Part shown: positions 18,440 to 25,842 of the stretch, one piece after another
How positions within the stretch are numbered: the first letter of the stretch is position 1
Layout of the letters: each line of letters starts with the position of its first letter
NCBI GenBank assembly: GCA_963665095.1
Contig: OY762069.1
Span: 2,272,001-2,336,000 of the forward strand
Length of the DNA stretch: 64,000 nt
From: an uncultured Desulfobacter sp.
GTDB taxonomy: Bacteria; Desulfobacterota; Desulfobacteria; Desulfobacterales; Desulfobacteraceae
Reading direction: 5' to 3'
Translations under genes and position numbers: made by a program
Notes under the pieces: model-generated
What the model saw: the letters and a program-made list of their open reading frames with translations, nothing else
What the model was told of the DNA's origin: nothing
Databases searched by the model: none

Positions 18440-18907
18440 TTACGAGTCAATGGAGCGTACAGCATCCTGAGGGATCTCCCCTTTGAATACGAGTTTGAGG
18501 GCTTCTGACGGCGGCATGTTGAACCGGAACCGGTCAATGATATAACAGGTTTTCTTCATGACGTACCCGGTATGAATCAGGGCAGTGCCCCTGTCCACCC
18601 ATTTGCGGTTGTTACGCCCCGAGGATGAGCAGGGACAGGCGGCAAACCCGATACCGCCGGCCACCGGCTTCAGGGCAAAAACAGGGTGGGTCCCCTCAGG
18701 ATCTGCCTTGGCCGGAAAATTCCCCCGGGTAAGGGTTTTAAACATCTGGTTGGGGCCGCCCATGAAAAAGAAATTTTCCCGCCACTGGGCCAGGGGCAGA
18801 TGAACGCCGTCCACCAGAACAAGGTCAAGGTCTGTTTGCGCACTTAAGGATCGGCGCGGTTTTTCCCAGATGGCATCAAAGGTCAGACGAGATTTTTTTT
18901 TATCCAT
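18440..18907 (-). CDS. Hypothetical protein, possible PemK/MazF-like fold
   Basis: THPVFAL...FAACPCSS resembles the RPxxVx...vPlTS pattern; SD GGAGG upstream; first gene of the sigma cassette. Confidence 0.5.
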   Translation of the reverse strand: MDKKKSRLTFDAIWEKPRRSLSAQTDLDLVLVDGVHLPLAQWRENFFFMGGPNQMFKTLTRGNFPAKADPEGTHPVFALKPVAGGIGFAACPCSSSGRNNRKWVDRGTALIHTGYVMKKTCYIIDRFRFNMPPSEALKLVFKGEIPQDAVRSIDS

Positions 18908-19006
18908 TTCCGGTTGCCTCCAGCATGATCAATGTCTTTCGGGATAAAATATCTGCTGTTTTATTCTATTATACGGAACCGAACAAGCTGATTTTCAAAA
19001 AGTCCT

Positions 19007-19693
19007 CTACAGGCTGATTTTACGCCTGGCCTGATTGGCCTCGCCTTTTAAAATATCCTCTGAAATCCGGGAAAAGGCTTTTTCACAGGTTTGAAAATCC
19101 GGCGCGCTGATCCAATTGATTGAGTTAAACTGTTCAACCGGGAACAGACGAAGCATCCGGCTGACTTCAATGGGCTCAACCCAGAGATCCTTTTCCCTTG
19201 CTTCTGCGATGATCTCTTTCCAGTAGAAATCATAGGCATTTGAGATAAAAAGAATGTCCGCATAATCCTTTGGTTCCATCCTGCTCAGTGCGCACAGTTT
19301 GTTTGAAAGAATATTGCGCCAGTCATCTATGTTCCCAAACCCTTCCTGATTGGTGATGCCGCCAAAATGAGCAGCCACATCATTGACCATATCAATTTTC
19401 AGGATAATATTTTCTTTTTCTACAAACAGCCGGACAAAAGATTCCTCAACTATTGAGGGGGTGCTCTTGTAAGGCATGCGGTCCAGGCAGGATAAGATCA
19501 CCTTGCATTGCTTTTTAAACTCTGGATGGTTATTTACAAAAAAGTCCAGATCATCTGAATACCGGTGACCAAGGTAGCATCGGCCTAACGCTGTTCCACC
19601 GGTCAAATAAAAATCCGTGTTCAGGAATTGGATTTTTTTCAGAATTTCATCCTGAAAAGGATACAGTTTATGGGAATAATATTTGTCTGGCAT
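19007..19693 (-). CDS. AbiEii-family nucleotidyltransferase toxin
   Basis: FYLTGGTAL...HRYSDDLDFF, NKLCAL..R..PKDYAD motifs. Confidence 0.9.
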   Translation of the reverse strand: MPDKYYSHKLYPFQDEILKKIQFLNTDFYLTGGTALGRCYLGHRYSDDLDFFVNNHPEFKKQCKVILSCLDRMPYKSTPSIVEESFVRLFVEKENIILKIDMVNDVAAHFGGITNQEGFGNIDDWRNILSNKLCALSRMEPKDYADILFISNAYDFYWKEIIAEAREKDLWVEPIEVSRMLRLFPVEQFNSINWISAPDFQTCEKAFSRISEDILKGEANQARRKISL

Positions 19694-19958
19694 ATCTGTA
19701 TTTATCTATTCGAGTTTTGGGAAACAAGTCGGTTAAAATTTCATCGGACAATGCCTTTTTCAAAGTTTCCTCTGGAAGAAGGGATATCAGGGTATACCAG
19801 TCAAAAGTAGATAAGAGTTTGATATAAATACTTTTGGAAGAAATAAGGGGAATACTGTCTATTTCACCATTGATAAAAGAATTCAGGCTGTCCAGGTCAA
19901 TTTTTTTGTCCCAGAAAGCTTTTTTAAGAATTTGTTTTCTTTCATCAGTCGTATACAT
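19668..19958 (-). CDS. Small putative antitoxin partner of the AbiEii toxin
   Basis: 96 aa with KKAFWD motif; overlaps the toxin start. Confidence 0.65.
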   Translation of the reverse strand: MYTTDERKQILKKAFWDKKIDLDSLNSFINGEIDSIPLISSKSIYIKLLSTFDWYTLISLLPEETLKKALSDEILTDLFPKTRIDKYRYARQILFP

Positions 19959-20060
19959 TTTAAATATCTATCCTTAATTATTCTTAAACTATACCAGATG
20001 GCGTTTCAGGTTGACAAGTTTCCTGATGGGCCTGGAAAAGTGAAACTTCACGATCCATTC

Positions 20061-20086
20061 GTCTCAATCCTCTCTAATCGAGGCAA
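20061..20086 (-). repeat. Detached partial CRISPR repeat (first 26 nt of the plus-strand repeat)
   Basis: GTCTCAATCCTCTCTAATCGAGGCAA, identical to array 2 repeat positions 1-26. Confidence 0.95.
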
Positions 20087-20117
20087 AGGAAATTCTTCCC
20101 GCCAAGCCCCCAAAGAA

Positions 20118-20313
20118 TCAATACAAAATTACGTAGATAACAGCAACACAAAGACCGGCAACAGCAGAAACCAGCACCCCCAAAGATGCCAGGCAACCTG
20201 AATTCCCGGAAGGCGTACCTGTTTTTTTATTTATCTCCTCGTACAGGATATAATCCAGTGCATCATCGTCATCGAGCAGATTGTCATTTTCTTTAAAAAA
20301 AATCATCATCCAT
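20118..20313 (-). CDS. Small acidic single-TM protein embedded between two partial repeats; start 20309, or 20313 with a homopolymer frameshift
   Basis: KENDNLLDDDDALDYILYEE...GCLASLGVLVSAVAGLCVAVIYVILY; SD-like GAGGA supplied by the repeat. Confidence 0.6.
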
Positions 20314-20321
20314 TGAATTTT

Positions 20322-21706
20322 TCCTCTCTAATCGAGGCAATGGTTCTGACGAAAAGACCACAAACGTAAAAAACGCTTTCGGAGCAGTCTCAATCCTCTC
20401 TAATCGAGGCAATGGTTCTGACGGCATAGTTATCGGCGCTGAAATTTTTACCCCCCAGGTCTCAATCCTCTCTAATCGAGGCAATGGTTCTGACACCAAC
20501 GAAGAGTGCGAGAATAAAGCATCCAACTAGTCTCAATCCTCTCTAATCGAGGCAATGGTTCTGACTACCGGTAAGACTCGCACTGCTATTGAAGTTATCC
20601 GTCTCAATCCTCTCTAATCGAGGCAATGGTTCTGACAAATGCAAGCTACTGGTAATATGCCAAAAGAAAATCGTCTCAATCCTCTCTAATCGAGGCAATG
20701 GTTCTGACACACAGATATCCAGCGGGTATGCTCGGGTTCAAATTGTCTCAATCCTCTCTAATCGAGGCAATGGTTCTGACACTGGTCAAATGTTTAAGAC
20801 CTGACCCGCCAAAAAGTCTCAATCCTCTCTAATCGAGGCAATGGTTCTGACTTAAAATTGAAAGAGCAATAACAGAGACAGGAGAAAGTCTCAATCCTCT
20901 CTAATCGAGGCAATGGTTCTGACAGGTATCGCGGGTTCCCCCCGGGGGCAAGCGATGGTGTCTCAATCCTCTCTAATCGAGGCAATGGTTCTGACGAAAC
21001 AACAAACAAGCAAGTCAATGACAAGTTAGGTCTCAATCCTCTCTAATCGAGGCAATGGTTCTGACCGTGTGCATCACGGCTGATAAGAAAACATTACCCT
21101 GTCTCAATCCTCTCTAATCGAGGCAATGGTTCTGACCTTCCACCATGATCGCCTCTCAAGCAATAGAACAGTCTCAATCCTCTCTAATCGAGGCAATGGT
21201 TCTGACATATTGATATTGGCAGAAGCACAAAAAACAAGATAGTCTCAATCCTCTCTAATCGAGGCAATGGTTCTGACTCGGACAGGGAACGGTGGGAGGA
21301 CCATGAAACGTGGTCTCAATCCTCTCTAATCGAGGCAATGGTTCTGACTCAATAACGAGCCAAACTCAAAACCAAGGAGAAGTGTCTCAATCCTCTCTAA
21401 TCGAGGCAATGGTTCTGACTAAAAATGAAACTTGAGATCCAAGAACATGGCACAGTCTCAATCCTCTCTAATCGAGGCAATGGTTCTGACATCTCTTGAG
21501 AAAGATAATGCTAATTTCTTATCTTCGTCTCAATCCTCTCTAATCGAGGCAATGGTTCTGACAGAGAACTCTGAAAAATTCATTGATGAATGTATTAAGT
21601 CTCAATCCTCTCTAATCGAGGCAATGGTTCTGACAGCAAACGATGGAAACGATTAAACAGGTGTTAATTAGTCTCAATCCTCTCTAATCGAGGCAATGGT
21701 TCTGAC
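20322..21706 (-). CRISPR. CRISPR array 2: 19 full 36-nt repeats plus one 29-nt partial repeat, 19 spacers
   Basis: Plus-strand repeat GTCTCAATCCTCTCTAATCGAGGCAATGGTTCTGAC, 2 nt different from array 1. Confidence 0.99.
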
Positions 21707-21906
21707 TCTGGGTATCTGAAACCCTTGTTGTTCAACTGTTTCCATGGCCGTTTTGACGGACCTACCCCTTTTTCGGGGTTTGGAAAAAATTTTCACAATG
21801 GATTTTATATTAATTTTCATCTAACCCTTTTATTTTATAGCACATTTTAAAATGACGGATCTCCTGATGCCATTATTATTAACAAATTGTCAAAGATCAT
21901 AGACCC
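21707..21906 (-). promoter_or_regulatory. CRISPR leader 2
   Basis: Homologous to leader 1; lies between cas2 and the first repeat. Confidence 0.85.
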
Positions 21907-22185
21907 TTAAGACACAGAATACGCCTTAGTATTCGGCAAAACGCCGGTGCCGGAAAACTCAACCTTTCCAACGCAGTGACGGCATAACGGATAATACCGG
22001 ATGGTGTCCTCGCTGTGGTCGATAACCGCCTCCAGGTCTGACTGCATTTTCATGAATTTGTATTCGGTCATGTTACTGCATTCAAATACGGATTTCTGGA
22101 CCCGGGTCCCGTAGCCTTTCAGGATCTTGACTACCCTGTACCGGGCCCGGTTATCAACGATGTCAAAGCAGACCAGGAAAAACAT
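21907..22185 (-). CDS. cas2: CRISPR-associated protein Cas2
   Basis: LVCFDIVDNR, YGTRVQKSVFEC, DTIRYYPLC motifs; 92 aa. Confidence 0.97.
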   Translation of the reverse strand: MFFLVCFDIVDNRARYRVVKILKGYGTRVQKSVFECSNMTEYKFMKMQSDLEAVIDHSEDTIRYYPLCRHCVGKVEFSGTGVLPNTKAYSVS

Positions 22186-22231
22186 TTTTGAAAATTCCGT
22201 GGCTCAGTCCAGACCTGTGCCTGGAGTTTTT

Positions 22232-24454
22232 TTATTGTTTACCAATGATTTTTTCCAATACTGAATGTTTATTACGCCATTTTTTGCTCTGATCCGGGCT
22301 TATGCCGAACTCTTCCATCTTTGTCAAAAATTGACCGGCGCGTTCTGGTGTGATTTTTTCGGTCTGCAGCTCTTCGGTAATCATACTGCCTATCCGATCT
22401 TTTGTTATGGACGGCATAGATGAGTCTGACGCTTTAGTTCTTTGCGACCTTGCAGCTTTTCTAGTTTCACGGCTTTGACTCAGGTTTTCACCGGCTTTTT
22501 CGTTGGATGATGCATGCACTTTGGGATCGAATTTTTCGAATTTCCCTATTTTTAACTGGCCCCTGGCGGGCTTAACGGTTTCCAACTGAACCATATCATA
22601 ACCGTACAGAACATCCGCTGTCGGGTCATCCGGTTTCAACGCCGGAAGGGGCTGGGCCTTGATCTGGGTCGAATTGACAAGATTGCTTAAATTGCCGGTG
22701 GTCCAGATGGTTTCAAGTCCCCTGCCGTTCTTTTTAGGTGTTGCATGGCGTGCAAACCAGGCAAGGCCGGCCCTGGAACTCTTATTTTTATTTTTATCCA
22801 CAGCCCTTGGATAGCGCAATCTTTCAACCGGTATCTGGGATGCCCGGTAAAGCGCTATTCTATCTTTTATATGGCTGACCCATTTGGCGTCTTTGTCCAG
22901 AAGTTGTAGATTCTGTGCCGGGGTTGAGGCGTCCATGGGGTTGAGTGCGTTACCGTCCTCATCAATCATCTTAATGGCGGTGACCCGGCAGTGACCAAGC
23001 CCAAGGGGCTTTCCGCCTCCCAGTTTCCAGTCCACCGAGCAGGCTGCATAGAGCAGGGCCAGTTCGTCAGCCCCAAGGGCCCGGAAAGAAATTTTTAATT
23101 TTCCCGTAAGCCCTTCCGGAATCAGTTCCGCTGTTTTATTTACCTTCTGTTCCGCCGGCTTTAAACGTCCCTGCTCTTCGTAGACACCCTGTACCGAATA
23201 CTTCCATGGTGCGTGTTCTCCCCGTTCACTGGTATTTCGATACACCTTATATCCTTTAAGGGGAGATTCCTCATTTATCGCATCAAGGTCTTCCTGGTCC
23301 CGGTAAAAAGCCAGGCACCCGGGATGGGGCTGGGCAAGAGGGGCCAGGGTTTCTGTTATGGTCTTATCCAGGGCATCAAAAAATATAAGATTTCCCGGAC
23401 GGACGCGGGCGGCAAAGGGCCCGGCAGCATCAATTCCTTTTTCCGGAATTTGGCCAAACAGATTTGTCACCATATCCACGCCGCCGTCTGCCCGCATGCT
23501 GTCGGGCAAAACAACCTTTGGAACCAGGTTTTTGAAAGCCACGCCCCGGCGCCCCCATCTGGCCCACTGGATGGATTTAATATCAGCCTGGCAGGTGATT
23601 TTAGTGCAATCCGTTTCAACAGGTTCCAGCCATATCAGATCCCCCTTTTTGAGCTCGGGTCTTACTGCGTGGCGATGGCGGCCCTGGTAATTTTTCCAGA
23701 ATGCCTCTGAAAGCTCAAGGTGTTCACCACTCCCTTTGAAAAGGCCCTCTTTTTTACCTTCCGGTTTAATGGGGAGGCCACTCAGCTTGACCTTCCATTC
23801 CACGCCATCCTTGTCTTTATATGTTAACGTCTGGGGCTTACCGCCTGCTTTAGGCCTTTTACTGTCCAAATGGTCTATTTTACCTCCAAGGACGCTTGCC
23901 GGTATTAATTTTGTTTCACCCAGCTCAATGACGCCCGGCCGGGTTGAATTGCCCGGGGTGACAATTTCTGCAAGAAATGCATTGTTCGGAACACCATCCA
24001 TGCTGCGGTTCGGTCCTAACTGGGCATCGCGTCCCTGGGTGAGCCACAGATTTTCATCCATATACCCCAGGGTGCCGCCGCTCAATATGGTCATAAGGGT
24101 TCGTAATGCCCCCCGGACCCCGGTGGCCGGCAGTACAACATCCTTGCCTGTGGAGAGCGCCTTGAATCTTTTATGCCCGTTTTGTTCACAAACAGGTTCC
24201 GGGCTGCAGGTCATAAGGGGGGACAGCGTTTTTATCTCCAGTTCAAGGACGCCGCTTTTTCTATGCCGCTCATTAACAAATTCGTCGGCCGTAAGCGGGG
24301 TTGGGAAAAACCGCTTCACTTTTTCAGGAAAGGGGATGAATGTATAGGGATTATGAAACGGTTCCCCTATTTTATCCGGCGATGCCGCATTTCCGTTACT
24401 GCCTTTTTCCTGGGTGTTGCCTCTATTATTGTGGTTTATATTTCTCGGGCTCAT
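22232..24454 (-). CDS. cas7: Type III-D Cas7 with large insertion (TIGR03986-like RAMP)
   Basis: FHNPYTFIP, IKTLSPL, LPATGVRGALR, NLFG, KGYKVY, KLGGGKPLGLG motifs. Confidence 0.88.
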   Translation of the reverse strand: MSPRNINHNNRGNTQEKGSNGNAASPDKIGEPFHNPYTFIPFPEKVKRFFPTPLTADEFVNERHRKSGVLELEIKTLSPLMTCSPEPVCEQNGHKRFKALSTGKDVVLPATGVRGALRTLMTILSGGTLGYMDENLWLTQGRDAQLGPNRSMDGVPNNAFLAEIVTPGNSTRPGVIELGETKLIPASVLGGKIDHLDSKRPKAGGKPQTLTYKDKDGVEWKVKLSGLPIKPEGKKEGLFKGSGEHLELSEAFWKNYQGRHRHAVRPELKKGDLIWLEPVETDCTKITCQADIKSIQWARWGRRGVAFKNLVPKVVLPDSMRADGGVDMVTNLFGQIPEKGIDAAGPFAARVRPGNLIFFDALDKTITETLAPLAQPHPGCLAFYRDQEDLDAINEESPLKGYKVYRNTSERGEHAPWKYSVQGVYEEQGRLKPAEQKVNKTAELIPEGLTGKLKISFRALGADELALLYAACSVDWKLGGGKPLGLGHCRVTAIKMIDEDGNALNPMDASTPAQNLQLLDKDAKWVSHIKDRIALYRASQIPVERLRYPRAVDKNKNKSSRAGLAWFARHATPKKNGRGLETIWTTGNLSNLVNSTQIKAQPLPALKPDDPTADVLYGYDMVQLETVKPARGQLKIGKFEKFDPKVHASSNEKAGENLSQSRETRKAARSQRTKASDSSMPSITKDRIGSMITEELQTEKITPERAGQFLTKMEEFGISPDQSKKWRNKHSVLEKIIGKQ

Positions 24455-24458
24455 ATGA

Positions 24459-25841
24459 TCATAACTCCTTGGTAAACTCGGTTACGGTTTCAGCGTGTGC
24501 TCCCCTGGCGCAAATTGATTTTATTTCAAGTCGTCCGCAGCTTTTGGATGCACCAATGGATAAAATGCCAAGGTGCAGCGCCCTGAGGGTTTTAACCAGC
24601 CATTTCACCTCTTTTACTTCCGGTTTTTTGATGGATATGGTTACGGGAAACCCAAGATCCGGATTTGTCAGAACCTGGTTTTTGAACAATGCGCCTTCAT
24701 TGGCACCCCCTGAAAACCGATCCACAGCCACATGCATGCGGTCCTGAATATCCCGTGATTCATTGACAGGTTTTGAAAATGCATCGGTAATGTGAATACG
24801 CCCCCGTTTATACATGCTTCCGAAAAGATCCAGAATGGGATCTTCCAAAGCACCGGGTTCGTCTTTAAACCTTTCTCTGTCCTTTTCATCCACAAAACCC
24901 CAGCCTGTCAGATCTGGCTTGTATGTCATACCGGGAGTATCGTCAAACTGCGCGTCCCATCTTTCCACGGTATCCCTTACCAGAACGCCGCTGCGCACCG
25001 CAAGCCGGGTCATCCATCCCTTGAAAACACCTCGCAGGGAGGATCCGGGAATACGCCAGCATATTGTGCCATCAGCAAACGCCACGGACTGGGGTTTAAG
25101 GGTATAATCGGCCTGCTGCCCGTCCCCGACCAGCAGGTCTTCCCCCCGGGGAATGCCCAGGACAAGGGACAGGGTCAAAAGATCATCCGTGTCTGGTATC
25201 TTCACCTTTTCACCGGCCGGTTTCACTCCGTTTTTTCGCTCGTCATATTCCGCATCCATGAAGGCGGCCGTACCGTCCACCGTATCCATGTCAAAGGATT
25301 GTACAAAAAGATCCCCGGCAAGCTTCATTCGTCCGATGCCTCGGTTACTGCAACCTCCGGCCGAAAGCTGGGATCCTAATGCCGAAGCGATGTGTGCAAT
25401 AAATTTTTCACAATCTTCAGGTGCGTTCCCATCAGAGTTGAGAATGATCGAGATTTCGGCTTTGGCCCCGGGGGGGACGGCTTCAAGGGAAAAAAGTCCC
25501 CCTTTTACCGGTGCCCCGGTATGACGGTTAACCATATTGTGGGTTCGTTCGTTGACTGTGTTGCAGCGGATAACCGTATCTGCTGTTTTGACCAGAGAGC
25601 CGTTGTCAGTATCGGTAAATGCCTCCTGCCCGAACCATTTAACCACTTGATCATCCCAGGACTCTAACCCGAGTTTATCGGCATAGGCACTTCTTAATAC
25701 ACCGGCCAGGGCACTGCCCCGCAGGATGATTTCCCCTTTGCCGTTTCTTGCAAGATTTTTTTTGTTGGACGAAATTCCTGCCCCCGGTGCAACGCCTTCC
25801 GGGAATTCAATCCCGGCTGTTATTTTATAACACATGTTCAT
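24459..25841 (-). CDS. cas7: Tandem Cas7-Cas7 fusion (Csm3-like x2)
   Basis: Two RAMP units: LRGSALAGVLRS..FG..HNMVNRHTG..GGCSNRGIG and IPGSSLRG..LFG..HVAVDRFSGG..IGASKSCG. Confidence 0.88.
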   Translation of the reverse strand: MNMCYKITAGIEFPEGVAPGAGISSNKKNLARNGKGEIILRGSALAGVLRSAYADKLGLESWDDQVVKWFGQEAFTDTDNGSLVKTADTVIRCNTVNERTHNMVNRHTGAPVKGGLFSLEAVPPGAKAEISIILNSDGNAPEDCEKFIAHIASALGSQLSAGGCSNRGIGRMKLAGDLFVQSFDMDTVDGTAAFMDAEYDERKNGVKPAGEKVKIPDTDDLLTLSLVLGIPRGEDLLVGDGQQADYTLKPQSVAFADGTICWRIPGSSLRGVFKGWMTRLAVRSGVLVRDTVERWDAQFDDTPGMTYKPDLTGWGFVDEKDRERFKDEPGALEDPILDLFGSMYKRGRIHITDAFSKPVNESRDIQDRMHVAVDRFSGGANEGALFKNQVLTNPDLGFPVTISIKKPEVKEVKWLVKTLRALHLGILSIGASKSCGRLEIKSICARGAHAETVTEFTKEL

Positions 25842-25842
25842 C

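Noticed and set aside
19990..20060. A further degenerate repeat and spacer beyond 20061
   Set aside because: Only short, ambiguous similarity (GGTTGAC, GTTTCCTGAT); cannot be supported
20293..21656. Several short ORFs with repeating SEPLPRLERIET or SQSSLIEAMVLT
   Set aside because: Translations of CRISPR array 2
3198..21670. Self-targeting spacers or spacers shared between the two arrays
   Set aside because: None noticed by eye beyond generic SD-like similarity; an exhaustive search was not possible
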